A stretch of 62,844 nt of DNA, counting the filler, from Choristocarpus tenellus KU-1152 (Eukaryota; Protista; Phaeophyceae), in NCBI GenBank assembly GCA_964200185.2. It is 11 parts of 11 records of this genome, joined end to end, with 100 filler letters (N's around TTAATTAATTAA, not from the genome) between each part and the next. Parts side by side here need not be neighbours in the genome. Positions count along the whole stretch, not along the records: positions 8,875 to 19,698 come from CAXNAD020002688.1; positions 19,799 to 26,624 come from CAXNAD020007262.1; 9 more parts are not named here. One strand, written 5' to 3'. The position numbers and the translations under genes were made by a program. The notes under the pieces were generated by a model. The model saw nothing but the letters and a program-made list of their open reading frames with translations. It ran no database searches and was not told where the DNA came from. This document shows, piece by piece, positions 11,291 to 24,994 of this stretch; positions within the stretch are counted from its first letter, which is position 1, and every line of letters begins with the position of its first letter.

Positions 11291-12476
11291 TTTCGTGGCC
11301 ACATCATGTTCAACGATCATTACAATTAGAGGGTAAGAAACAAGCGTCATATTGTCTCTTCCTGGACCCATAGTATATCAGCGATATATCAAAGAAAAAA
11401 AAATCAACTGACAAGAGTTAAGAGAGAGAGGATATTGCAGTCCCCCCTGCCCTTGTGTGTGAGATGCAAGATGAGCATAGGAGGAAGGTCGCTACAACTC
11501 AGCGAGGGAGAAGATTTGTCAAAATAATACTTTCTGTAAGTAAAACATTGTGGGTTTTGTTGGCGAAGCCTTGAGGGGTGTGAGTCAGTTGAGAACAACA
11601 CAAACTAGAAACAAAGCCATTCGTCCGAAATTGCAATATCATGATTTCTGTTTGTTCAACCATTTTTGGAGTTCAAAATGCGAAAATCTCATACTTACCT
11701 CCAATTCTCATGACAGCAACCTCAACAAAATAGGCTCCAAAAATAGAGATATGGAAACGGGCAATAGTGTGTTATTGATTGTATGCCTGGAAAAATTACC
11801 AAGTGCAGACGAGTGCAGAAACAAACAAAATCCTCCAAGAAATTGGCAGTAAAACATGCTAATATCGAGAAAACCCAAAAAAGAAATATACTCCCCCCTT
11901 CCCATACCAATCTTAGCGTTTTCTCGAAATGTGAATATCCCAGTCAGTTTAATTCGAATTTTGGCTCTTTTTTTTCTTTCTACTCTCCCTTACATTTTCA
12001 CCGATGTTGGCACAATATGACCCTTCCCAACTATATCTTGGAACACCAAGATAGTGTGTTTTTGTTGGCATCACGAATATTTGAGGAAAATACGATATTT
12101 TCACAATTTGAGACGGAAAAACCGATAAAAATTTGAAGTAAAGATTTTTATTTCCAACATCCCTTAAATCATCTCGAACAACCTCTCTAAAAAGGTTTGA
12201 CTCTGAGATATTCTTTTTGTGGACAATCACCTTCTTCCTGTGCTAACCTTGCACCTTACGAACCACAACTGCTGCATGTTCAGATATCTGAAGCATGAGT
12301 TCCAACACATTCAATGTCACCATCATTTGATGTATCTCTTAAATCTAGTACTTGTATTGCACATAATGAGTAGTACACCTGTTTCTTCGAGTCACCCTTA
12401 CTTTGATTTGCACTAGTAAATACAATACACCCTCAACACCTTCACCAATAGTATGGTGCTGGTACAATTGACCTAA

Positions 12477-12736
12477 GAGTCAAAGTATTTGTAAGGGTAG
12501 GAGTATTGACCTGTTTTTTCCGTTTGGGGCTTGGCTTCCCACTGTTTCTTTTTGTCCGTTTTCGGTTTTCTGTGTTAAGAAGTTACCTAAACTGTCTTAT
12601 GTCTATGAAACGTTTGTCCGGAGCCAAGGATATTGACACTTGCTAACAAACACGATAGCCAAAATCCATCAAAATTCTAACATTGGATTTTGGACCCCAA
12701 GAGGACGCAGCCCTACCCTCTAAAATGCTTTGGGTC
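12477..12736 (+). mobile_element. MITE subfamily B, full length
   Basis: Arms homologous to A, but the central hairpin is replaced by TTTTCGGTTTTCTGTGT...AGTTACCTAAA. Confidence 0.88.
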
Positions 12737-13069
12737 TGGAAGCTGTCCTGTCGTGAGCATATACACACATCTACAGGAGGACTACAAATATCATTATATG
12801 ATATGTAGTAACTCAACTCAAACCTCCAAAACTAACATATTTACCCAACATACAACTATATATTAATTCTAAACAAAAAATCGTATTCCTTACCTACTTG
12901 AGTCACACTGGTGCTATGGTGTTCTTAAGCCTGCAAGACTCGAACCATGGAGCTCAGAGTAGAGAAAAAAATCAAAACAAATAAACACGCTGATGAATCC
13001 TGAAGTTCTGGGCGGTCCTATACAGAAGAAACAATGCCACAACAGCTTCTATAAGACAGTATTACTCTG

Positions 13070-16000
13070 AGCAAGTAAGGTGATAGTTGTTCCATAACAA
13101 CAGTGATGGACGGAAAAGAAATTATCTCAATCAGATAACTCAAGCGCACTCTACATACACTACCAATTGTCAAAAGGTGTCTCCGCATTTCTAAAACGGA
13201 CCCATCCATTTCAATACAAAATTGGTCATGGTTGATGACACTATACCCTTCTACATGGTAGATAGTGACTTCTATTTCTTCACTTGAAATTGATTAAGTG
13301 AATCTCCACTACAGCAAGGCAAGACCCACTACTTCCTCATCACAACCCCTTCAGGATCCTTCCCCAACATACAGGTCTTTGGCAATGGAGGTTCATGGGT
13401 GTCACACATAATGACACTATCATGGTCCCGCCTGTGTCCAAAGATGTTGACTGCCCGAGCTAGTTCAACATTGATGAAGCATGGACGACACAGCACACCA
13501 TTGTCCCGCCAATTGCAGTTCATACCCTCGGAAGGTTCATCTTTGCACCTCATGTCACACACCTGTCAAGAGAGATGTACATACACAACTTGGCTGTAGG
13601 TATTATGGAAATATATTAGGAGCAGTATATTGATAAGAGGGTTTATATATATGCACCTCAACCAAAACTGAGCATATTCTATTTTCTATTCTCTGGGAAA
13701 AGAATAGCATCAGAAGTGAACATTACAGGTTCAAAGTATCTGGGTGGGAGGGTGGCGTCCGCCCATTTGGGGTCAATATTTTCATGTCGCGATTTTTGGG
13801 TGATTTGGTTGCATAACGTCGGATGGATAATGTAAGCGCACCTTTTCTGGTTTTGGCCCAAATGGACACCCTGGTGTAGACACCTCCCCCCCTCACAGAT
13901 ATTTTCTGTCACAGGCGTAACTGCAGTGTGGATTCGTCGTTCTGATCATGCGAGACCACCAAAACAATCAAATGTGGGCTGCGCAGATAGTGTTGGCTTG
14001 GCCAGTGACGTTCTCTCTACGTTGTGGCTAACATGTCGAACGATCAACAATTTCTTATCCATCAAATTCGAAGTGGGGAGATTAAAACAGGGCAAGTCTG
14101 ACTATAGAACATAGGGATAGCAATACTTCATTCGGCGTTTCCAGAAAAAAAACCCTCCAAACTTCCAACACCACACTTTGCTACTCACCGCTTTTCTTTC
14201 TGTGATACAGTCAGTGTGGCAGCTCCTTGCTGGAGGTGGTGCAAGAGTATCACACATGATGACATGATGACCTTCCTCACAATCCTTCTCAACCCTGCCC
14301 TTCATGTCTCTAGCCCTCTTCTCCCTCAGAGCCTCTTCTGCTGTTTGGGCTTCCTCCAAGTCAGTGTAACATAGCCGACAACCCTGACCGTACTTTGGAG
14401 CATCGTCAGCTCCACATAAATAGCCTCCGAAACGGGGAACCTCCCCCCCACTCGGGAAGCATGAAGAATCACAAACAGTACTTGCTCCGGGAGGAAGGGA
14501 CTGTTGCCTACTGCCACACAATGACGTACATTGCTCCCCATTGATGGAGATGGCATTTTCTTCTCCAGAGTGGAGTAAAGATGTTTTTTCACCACTATAT
14601 TTATCCCACTGTCCATTGCCACTGTTATGAACAAAGAGCATTTCGACATCCGCTCCATCTTTCACTCTCTTGTCCTTGTCATTGAGGGAGTCAGTACTGT
14701 CAATCTGCACAGCAGTAACCGGCATGTTGGATAAACCACAGAAGGGCGTCGTTTAATGCCTTCATGTATCGATTTCGTGGTTTTCCAGCCTGATCGAGTG
14801 CTACCTACAATATATCACAAGATAATATGTTTCGACTAGAGAGCGGATGATGAGCGAATAGATTCCAAGTTGGTAGAATTTCCTTTTTAGAAAGAAATCT
14901 GATAGGTACTGGTAAATATTGAAGTGCAGGTGTTCAGGGTGGTAAGAAGAGTATGTATTATTATGGTGGACTTACAGATCCAATTTCTTTCAATAGGGAC
15001 CTATCTTTGAGTGGACATGTATTTAAGAAAGAAGATGGTCGTGGGAGTGGTTTTGTAAATCATGGCGAGCAAAGTTATTCATTATAGTCGACAGGTGGAA
15101 GAATTGCGTTAGGATATAATATTACAGATGATTTCTTTCATGAGATTGAATACTCCATAAAACGTGATAAGTTCTCTTCGATGTTGTACTTCTTGATGCG
15201 TTGAAATCAAGTCGAGGTTACATCTCACACTCACCAAGGTTGGACCGATGTATTCGTCGTTGAAGATTGGCTGCCACAAGAACCACCTGTATGGAGAGAC
15301 TGCTAATGTCGTGACGGGAATAGACGGAGTAGAAGCTCGTAAATAACCCTATTGGTTTCTGCTGTACTCCATCCTGGACAGGAAGTCTATGTATGCACGA
15401 TCAATGTTGCTGTAGATGTCATTGAAGTGCCCAGGCACGTACCAGGATTCAGGCATATCTGGTGTGGGGTGGAGGCTTACACTAGGGGTCGTTCTACCCT
15501 TCAACCCGAAGGCCTCCTGATTTTCGAATGCGTTATGGTACAGACTCTCTATCGAGTCGTGCTCGACATTTGCTTCCCATTGGAGAAGTGCCAATGCATG
15601 GTACGGCGATAACTGCTGCATCGCCTCCAGGTCCTGGAGCATCTTGTAGAACTAAACCGGCAGGTTCTTCGGGTAGACGTGTTTCTGTCGTTCCAAAGGG
15701 TAGGCAAGGAATGGGGAAAGGGTGAGGAAAGGCCACAATCAGGTGTGCGGGGTGAGCTGTCCAGAACGCACCCTAGAGTTAGAATGTGAAGCTTGGGACT
15801 GTATGAGTACTGCAAGAAGATATTGGTCTTGGTTGAGAATAACAATGACTGTATGCACTAGGCAAGGAGTCATTGTCGTACCTCTTTGTCAAGATCCCCA
15901 TGCAAAAACGTTGTAGTTGCAAAGCAAGGAGAATTGAGCGTGGCGACATTGTTTGAAAGCGAGGTTGGGATGCGGTTGTCTTCACCACCAGCGTAGTACA

Positions 16001-16313
16001 GGATCAGATCAGCAGTGTATCTTCTAGAGTCATGATAGCATGTTGAAGGCCACTCTCGAATAGCATTGAGGGCATGGTGGATATCTCCAGCATTGATTGG
16101 AACCACCACGGCTAGCCGACGGCGTGGAAACGTAGAAGTTCATGCCGTACTAATATTTTGCCTCAGATGCATACTGGACAGAGAATACACAACGCATAAT
16201 ATTATTCCACATAGAAGATATAGGTGTTGGACAACTGTGGTAGAGGTGAAACAGCACCCTGCCTTCACACGATGGAGCAAAGATAGACAAGGAGGGTTCG
16301 TGTCTGGCGTCAT
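13070..16313 (-). pseudogene. Decayed multi-exon gene: type II membrane glycosyltransferase-like domain followed by two Cys-rich repeats
   Basis: ATG at 16313, hydrophobic anchor, RLAVVVPINAGD...LILYYAGGED, LALLQWEANV...PGHFNDIYSN, MLFVH, then CRLCYTD...HVIMCDTLAPP and CRPCFIN...VIMCDTHEPP. In-frame stops at 16140-16142, 15349-15351 and 13329-13331. Confidence 0.65.
13728..13910 (+). mobile_element. MITE subfamily C (about 180 bp, G-run subtermini), TSD ACA
   Basis: GGTTCAAAGTATCTGGGTGGG...CCCATTTGGGG...CCCAAATGGAC...CAGATATTTTCTGTC. Confidence 0.9.
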
Positions 16314-17332
16314 TGTCAATCCTCTAGACAGATCCTTTCCAAGAGGAGTATGGAATCCTTCAGTGGTTGGAAGGTGGGACGCAAGAGTGTGTAGTGCGAC
16401 GATGTGAAGATGGATATGAAAGCGATATCAAACCTATCACATTGATCTTTTTCTCTTCAAGTTTGAGAGAGTTTTTGGTTCCTGAGACAATAATTTTAGA
16501 CCGTAAGTTTCTTTTTAATATTTCAGAACCCTTGACTGACTCCCTTTCAAGTACCGTAACTTTCTTGTTAAGGGGTTTTTACAAAATAATTGATTGGAAA
16601 GTGTTGTGTTTTGTTTTTTTCTTTTTCTCTCTTGCACCTCCAATTATATTATTTGCCAGATATAACTTGTCTAGACTATGGAATTATTTTACAAACCTCC
16701 TTAACCATATTTAATTGACTTTTTGTCTAAAGAAAAATCAAAATATATATTGAAGTACAATAATAGTGTGAAACAGGTGGAAACAAGCCAACAGGTTCTT
16801 CGAAATGAAGGGGAGCGGGAAGACCCACAGGAGGATAGATCAAAGAGAGACAAAGTCAAAGAGGGAGAGCAAGCCCTTAGAAGATCACTCAGAAAAAGAG
16901 TGAACAAGAGTGGAAAAGTGAAAGAGAGGGCTTTGGTAAGGTCACTTCAAACCACCCAATCTTACTTCAAGCAGAATTTACCTTCAACATGCAAAAACAA
17001 ATGTCATATGAATATCTTGATATTCAATATAGGTTACCTTTAGGGTATACCTTCTTCTATATGGAATATGGCTCTCACATCACCCCCCTCCCTATCTATG
17101 TGGTTTGATGCAGGTATCAAAACAACATAGGTGTCAATGGGAAATGGAGTAAATATGTGTGCAGAAAAACTGGCATGGGCATTGAAAAGAAAAGAAAAGA
17201 AAAGAAGAAATAGTCTCTCAACAGGGAAATACTGTCTTGTAAGACAGTTGTGTACACAAAAAAAAATTATCTGCAGATTTGCAAAAATGCAGAACAAGAA
17301 GTGATTTTCGTGAGGCCTCACAACTTAGCACT

Positions 17333-18585
17333 TGTAACTAAGGGATTTGGTAGCAACCAAATCAGTGCCGCTTCACATTGATGATCAGGGGTGAGATAAT
17401 CAAACATATCTGGGCGTATGGAACGATCACGATTTCGTTGTGTCAGACACGACCACGTCTGGTCAAATCTTCAACAACATGAAAAGGGGCAAGGGCAAGG
17501 ATTAGCTTGTCTTATCATGAAATTCTGTGTTAAGTCCGGGAAGGAGATACAGATGCAAAAGCATGGACCATCATCTCAAATGAGGAAACAAGAACATGGG
17601 AGACTCCCAATGGGAGCGCAGAAATCGTGATCAAATGACAGCTGTATAGCTGCAGCACCAATCAGCATATACTTGCGCATATAAAAGTCAACAGCATATC
17701 ACATGGATGTAATAAATTAGACACGAAGTGGAAAAAAGAAAAAGTAAAAGAAAATGAAACGAACAAGAAATAAAAAATCATTTTTGAACCGTGGAAAAAC
17801 ACGGGGATGGAGTTGACCATACTCCATCATCACTGAAATAACTGTTGAACGAAACGTCCTCCTGAAAAAAAGAAAAGAAAAGAAAGATAAAATAAAATAA
17901 AACAAGTGTGCAAGAGTCATTTGGAAAAAATGAACTTGAGTCTCCTCTGTTCATACACATGTACAAACCCCCCCCAACTTATCATAAGTTGATATGGCCA
18001 AATAGACATCCATGTGATATATATATATATATATATGTATGTAACAACACAACCACAAATCATTGACTGAAACACAAATAAAATTCGCAACACATATATA
18101 TTTCAAAATATATATTTCCTTCAGCATAAAATGCAATGAAGTATGGAAACTTTTTCATGGATCGGAGTTGATATCAAAACCGAAGGTTTTGTGTTGAAAT
18201 TAGGTGTATCCAGACAATGTTGTTGCCTATATGCAGCAATCATTTCTGTACATACATTGTGACAAATCACGTGGACAATAGAATACATCAGAAGCACGGT
18301 CATATCCTTTACGGCGTAATCTATATTCTATGTTCAAAGGTGAACGAGGTCCACGGCCAAACTTGTGTCCCACAATCGCTTCAATAATGTAAGGACCAAT
18401 GGTTACCGAGGATTCTAAATAATCCAGATCCGGTAAGGGCAAAGTTCGGCCAAAAAAAAATCACTGAGTTTCATAAAATCAGGTTCAGGTGGTTGTGTGT
18501 TTGGAATGTAAGGTTTCAAGTGGGCTAAGTGAACAGAAATATCTTTGATGTCACCCTGTTTACGAACACAATTTGGGTACTGTGT
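17333..18585 (-). mobile_element. Chromoviral Gypsy 3' end: integrase C-terminus/chromodomain (about 18190-18585), PPT, probable 3' LTR 17965-17333
   Basis: VHLAHLKPY and YIIEAIVGHK...IEYRLRRKGYDRASDVF chromodomain; minus-strand AAGTTGGGGGGG PPT followed by TGTACA...GTTACA. Confidence 0.7.
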
Positions 18586-18754
18586 TGCTAGCAAGTGTCA
18601 ATGCCTTTGCTCTGGACACACCCTTCATAGTCGTTTACATATTAGGTAACTGTCTTCACACAGAAAACGAAAAAAAAACATAAAAAAAGTGTCAAGTCAA
18701 GTCCTGAATGGAGAAACAGGGCAATACTCCTAACCCCCTTAAATGCTTTGGGTC
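18583..18754 (-). mobile_element. MITE subfamily B, partial
   Basis: GGACACACCCTTCATAG...AGGTAACTG...AATGCTTTGGGTC. Confidence 0.8.
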
Positions 18755-18829
18755 ACCAACCAGTACTCTTGAAACGAGCAGATTTTTTTTTTGTGCAGAA
18801 GGGCGAACACTGAGTAATCAGGGCCCACA

Positions 18830-19630
18830 GCTAGCTGCCTATGGAATGGAAATAACCTGTTCTGGAGCTGTGAGATAGTTGGAAGTGTGAACATGGATTG
18901 AGGTGGGGAAAGAAGAACATACGATAAGGATACGTGTCTAGAGGCAACCTTGAAGGGTCCCCTAGAGATCCTTACGTTGTTCAGGGCCTGCCCAGTTCCT
19001 GGTGATCCAATGATGAGGATGCATCGTAGTATGAAGCTATTGGAGATGTCATTTCCTGACATTCCCACAAGTGGGCACAGTTCACACACACATCATTATA
19101 TTTGAGGAATTGTTTTGCCCCATTTAATGGGTGCTACACTGGTGCACTAGTGGAAGAAATACTGGGCAGGTACATGGAGTAGAGTATTTGAGGGCACGTG
19201 TGAAACTGCCGATACACCTACCATAGGCATTGAAAGGACAGTTGGAGTTGCACTGCGCAACCCTTATGATACTGATAGGCAATCAAAGACAGCTCTTCTC
19301 TAAGTTGAGCACTGTGCTGTCTGTATCTTGTGTGGTGAGGTGATAGACGTGAATATTTGATATCTCGTTTGTCCATACGGGACTCAGTCTGGGTAATATA
19401 TATATACACGGACTTCCACCACAGAGCCAAAAATTATTTTACACGCACACTCACACCACATAATTTTTTTTTGTGTCATGTCCCCTTGAAAAAGATGCAG
19501 TTGCTGTCGGAGGCAGATAGAGGAACACAACCCATACAAGAGTATGGAAAGCCAAGATAGGATGGCTGAAGAGACAGCTAGGAGATCAGTAGCAAGCGAT
19601 CTAAATGTTCTTGGGGCACTGAACAAGACT
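18830..19630 (+). mobile_element. Possible highly decayed APE-type LINE fragment
   Basis: Frameshifted NDEDAS*YEAIGDVIS-DIP resembles an APE endonuclease segment; many stops. Confidence 0.3.
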
Positions 19631-19798
19631 GAGTAAGGTGGTGGACCTCACTACCAGGTTCAGTTTGTAAGTCAAGGGGGTCAAAGTATCTGGGGGGGNN
19701 NNNNNNNNNNNNNNNNNNNNNNNNNNNNNNNNNNNNNNNNNNTTAATTAATTAANNNNNNNNNNNNNNNNNNNNNNNNNNNNNNNNNNNNNNNNNNNN

Positions 19799-22700
19799 AG
19801 CCCATTAGGTCTCAGAACGATAAGGGATACATAGTCCTCCTCATGCACAGCGATCTCAGCATGTTGTGCCAAGATAAAGCGCCATGGGGATTTGTGGTGG
19901 GCAGTGTATATATTGCAAAAAACTTGTTGATATTTCACCCTCCCTCCCTCTTGTTCCAAATTGGCTGCCACAGGCTCTATTTTGGCATTGGCCTCCGTAA
20001 CTCTAGTGCATTGGTTCTCTTGTCTACCTTGCTATTACCCTGCCCTGCAAATGGCTCAAGAGCCTTGCTCGATGTGTGTTCATACACATATAGTCTAAAG
20101 TTGGGTCTAATTTTATAGCATCACACTGTCCAGTTCCTTCGATGTGAAAAAGTGTGTCGCTAGATTGGAGGGGCATGATGATAACTAAATCTCTGCATGT
20201 ATGCTCCAGTCCTTGCTTCGCCTTTGCAAGGGCCTGGAAACCTTCACAAACTTTGTGTATTTGGTTCTACCACAGCCCCCTTCTTTTTGGAGTAAATGTG
20301 CTTTAGATAGGGCTCCATATCATCCCGTGCTGCTGAGTAGGAATCATTGCTATTCGGCCCAGTCTCTATCAGCAACGTCCCGGGGACCTCTCGGTATAGG
20401 TCCGCTCTAGTAGTCACAGCCTTGACCGATCGTTGCCTTTGTGCTGGTAGGCCTCTCATGGCCCTCCGCTGTCTTTGCTCACCCTTCAACCGAGTCCTTA
20501 GGAGACAATGGTAGGCTCGTAGCTGTTCAGGGGAGGACTGCTGGCGGAGAGCTTGTTGGCGAGTGTCTGGAACATCCCCCATCTGGATAATACCATGGTG
20601 GTGTTCGAGGAGAGGCATCAAGGAGACATGTGCAAAAACAGAGAGAGAGATTTGGACCGCACATTTGGACAAAGTGCCCTCGTGAGAGAGAAGAAATTGT
20701 TAAGTGAAGTGTCCTCCTTGGGTCAAATTATCTGGGGGGTGGGGGTGGTTTGTGAGGGGGCGTCCGTTTCGGTCAAATATTTTTTTTGTTTGTTGACATT
20801 TCAAATCCGACACGTGCGACCAAATCACACCAAAAAAGTGAAAATCGAGAAAGGGTGAAAATGCGCTGACACCCCCCCCCCAGATACTTTGACCCTTACT
20901 CTGCAGTTCATTCTGATCATGCTTAAGGTGCTAGCTCTAGCCCTGTTTGAAATGCCACAGGTGTCATTCGTGTCTCACCGGAAAGGTTGAGCAAAAGATC
21001 AGCTAGGGTAATCAAGAATACCTGGTGTGATGCTGCTGAGACAGGAGGGTTACTCAACTCCAATATTGATGAAGACAATTGTCATAAGTGTGGCAAGGCT
21101 AGAGTAGGGGTTTGGAAGGATGACCCACAGCTGGAAGTTTCTTGCAATACGTCAAACTGCCCACCTCAAGTACCAACCTTACGTATCCATACAGCCCGTG
21201 CATGTGCCCTGCTTGCCATATCTCGAGCAAATGCTGCTCCCTTGACCTTTGTAGCCTGGGTTCTCCTCTCCAGGACAGCTCGTTCAGCAGCCATGGCTCT
21301 CATGTGAAGGCGGTGCTGATCTTCTCGTCGGGCTGCAGTGCCTGCTTTCCTTTCAGGTTCATCATCACTAAAGCGAAAGCCATAGATGGGTATAGGGTGG
21401 TGGTTGGAGTAGTGGGTTGTCTCCAGAGCCTTTTCTAGTTTGTTCTTTCTGCCCCTAGTTGTGAGCTTCCACCTGTATGTCATTGGGGTGCGCGAGACTG
21501 GGAAATGTGTGAACGAATATGGATGTCATCATGGGTGGGTGAACTTGAGAGGCGAGGAATTCGATGTGGAAGGAATGATCATCTAAACAATGAGAACACC
21601 CGACGCCGGTCGGGTAATGGCCTCCAATCCATCCTGCAAGGTTTCAGATCGATAACTTGTGAGGGTTTCTCACCCAAGCATGGTGTTGTTGACTATGAAA
21701 GGCACACATGGAGGGGAGTTCTCCTCATCAGCCTGGGGTAGTCCTTCCTCTGCAAAGTTGGAATTGCGATGTTGTTGCGCAGGTGGGCTCTCTGGGTTGG
21801 TTGCATGTAGAGGGTGATCTTCGGATTCGAGACTATGGCCTGGCATGAGAGCTGACTTCTTTTTCTCCCTATTCCTAGAGTGCTTGAGGGAGACCAAATG
21901 GTCCCCAACAAGAGCCCTTCCCTGAAATGCTGAGGAAATACATTGAGTATAGATGAATATGAGGTCTTCGCTCAGTCAGCATTTCGTGAATAAGAAAGCA
22001 TGTACAGGTTGGTCGAGCATACTGTACTGCCTAAAAGTAGCAGAAAGTTATGAGTCATCCATAAATGCCTGCACACCCACACCCAAGTCTTTCTCACAGG
22101 TGGCATGGTTGATCTCTTCAGCTATTGCAGCATCAAGAAATTCTGTGAGTGACACAGAAGAGGTTACCGGAGATTGGGAAGCCAATATTGAACAAGACTT
22201 CGGGCAGCTTCCACTCTCTCCACCATCGAAGCTTCTATTATCAACAAGGTCGTTAGCCGACCAGGATATAGTGTGTGCAGCTGGCTGGGTCTGGGCTTCA
22301 TTGCCTAGGTTCTTGAGAAGGTCCACAATCGAAGGGGTCTCTAAGCTGCTTTCCTGAAGACAGAAAGTATCAGTCGAAGCCACTGGATAGACACGTGTTT
22401 CAGATCCTGATAACGTTGAGAGACGGCTACTATCCAGGTGATAGTTTTTGTCTTTGTCTCTTTCATCCATTAATAACGGGAGCATCACCTCCACAGATTC
22501 TTTGCCTCCAATGGAAGGGCCAGCAGCAATACCTTCCTCACCCTCCAAACATGGACTTTCCTCTTTGGCTCCGGTGCTATGCTTTTTCCACATTGTGCTC
22601 ACAACCCCCTGCGCTGTGTGTGGGCGGACGACGGTACCACCTTCAGATGTGACTTCTAGTTTTATTGGTATCTCACCCGCTCGGTGGTTGATCGCACTGG

Positions 22701-23229
22701 CTGGTCGCTTGGCTTGGACCCTTCTCCTAGTACCATGTCGAAGGTTGCAATTAGCAGGGATCGTGTTTCTCATCACCAAGAAGTCAGTCTGTTCCTGATT
22801 TGTCCCGGAGTATGAGATAGTGTGCTGCGTGCTTGTTTGTTGCACATAGCTGCTGTCCGGTAGAATCTGTATGGCAGGCGTGTTTGATGGGTCCACGCTG
22901 AAACTGTTGTTTGGGATGGACCCTGTCTTAAGGACCTTACCTTTTGTCGCATTCTGCAACCTGAGGATGCAAGATTTACATAGTTCCTGGCTCTCATCAG
23001 GGTCACTACAGCAGCTCAGGCGCTTTTCCCTTGGAGGACCCACGAAGAAATAAGGCGAGCTGTTGCTTGCAGCTTGGCACAACCTCGCACGGGATTGGAT
23101 TGCCACTTTCAGATCGACACCTGCTCTTTGCTCTGTCTCACGGCCTTCCAGTCTTCGAGCACCTGTCCTTGACGCGCCCCAAATTACTCTTGTTGACTTC
23201 TTCGGTTCATCTTTCCATGGACGTTGTAG
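19799..23229 (-). CDS. Unknown low-complexity/helical protein, divergent from ZMYND10; long exon about 23229-22050 plus downstream fragments, possibly decayed
   Basis: 352-aa ORF 22048-23106 preceded by an AG acceptor; further minus-strand ORFs 21166-21483 and 20244-20672 with R/A/E-rich helices. No family recognised. Confidence 0.45.
20720..20895. mobile_element. MITE subfamily D
   Basis: GGGTCAAATTATCTGGGGGG...CCCCCCAGATACTTTGACCC with a different internal sequence. Confidence 0.85.
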
Positions 23230-23613
23230 CTATGGTCATGAGGTTGCATCAGATGTGAACGTGGCAAAGGGGATAGTAGGGCTGCAATAATTAGTCGCGA
23301 TTGACCACACACCTACTACTTGGTGTACTATAGGGACCTCAAAGTAGTACCTGTTTTGGCTTACGCTTTAGGCTGAACCTTAGATATCGCTCATCAGAAG
23401 GTCCCAGACCGAAGCCAGTCATGTACTTAGTCGTCTTCACCCCCTGATAAGAACCAAATTTATTAGAGAAAGGGTTGACCGTTTGGCGTTTCAAGAGTTT
23501 AGGGTTAGGACAGGACCAGGTTCTTTAGATACATTTCTATAAATACAAACGAAATCGAGGGACATCCACCTTGTTCAAGCATCCAAACTTTTTTGAGAGG
23601 CCTTTGCGCCAGG

Positions 23614-24939
23614 ATGACTGCTGCAGCTGAAGCTCCAAAGAGTGAATGGTCTCTACCAGTGCGGCCAAGTCTGGCAATTGAAGATGTGAGTTGGTTTGAG
23701 TTGCTACTAATTTATGCTGCTTGTATCCATCGTCGAATCCTAACAGGTAGGGGAGACTAAGGATGGCGTCTCATCAACATCCATGAGTCTCACCGCTCTC
23801 AGTCATCGACAAACTGATAGTCGCATTCCTAGAAATTAGTAGCAGGTACGGCTGGGATCCCTCTCATTGACATTTCCCTACGCTCAAGAGTACCGTCAAG
23901 AGTACCTCCAACCATGCCTGACATGCAGCTTGGGCACGAATCGTGCCCTGCCTACACCAATCTCAGGAGAACGAGTACACAAGTGCTGCGCACGTGGCAC
24001 CTGTACTATCTGTGGACGAAGCGGAGCGCTTTGTTGAGGGTCTTCGTAAATTTCCCCTGGAAGAGATTGGAAGCTCCAGGTGACTGACCAACCAAGACTG
24101 GACTATCACTGGCCAAACATACTTTCAATCGCAGCCCAATTTGACCCTCATGGACGTCTGTTTTGGAAGTAGAAATATACGCATAGAGACGCTATATGCT
24201 ATGCTGGAGTACTACGCAATTTTCACTAGGAATGTTTTAGGTAGAACTCATTGATCCTTGTGTCCACTCAGGCGCGCCATCTGTACCCTGGCTATCTTTT
24301 TACACCAGCCCTTCCTTCCACAGCGTCCCAGCCAGCAGCTCTGTTTCTGCCGATGAATCATGAAAGTCTTGTTTTTCCTAACCCCTAGGTGGTTCGATCA
24401 GCATCAGCGTCTGGTCAAGCTCAATCTTCAGGCACACCAGAGTGCTATGGCGCGGTCGGATGAGTATGTCCTAGAGGCGTTGCTGACATTCGACAAGTTG
24501 GGAGTCCTGATGCACGAGATACTTGCTATTGAGGCATGGAAAATGGCGAGTTAATATCAATCTCCCCATCTGTGCACCAGAACCGCTTGATTGTGTAACT
24601 GTGGGCCTAGTCGGACCTTCACTACAAGTATGATTTCAGAAAAACAATCAGAACTTACGATGACCCTGACACCATTTTCCAAATCGCTGGCTGTGAAGCA
24701 TCGTCAGCACAGAGATATCGATGTTGCAATTCGTGTGACCACTAGAATACCATAAACACAGCAACCAACACTTATCCCCCCAATGTTACCGTTGTGCCAG
24801 GGCCTGGAGTCCAATTTGGACTTGGTCTTGTGGTGAATTACCTCCTTTCACGCTGCTACTAAACATTCCTACAGTACCACAGCAACCACGCTAAATAGCC
24901 GCCGTCCTCCCCCCAAACCTGCAGCATCTCTTTGATGCT

Positions 24940-24994
<55 letters not shown>

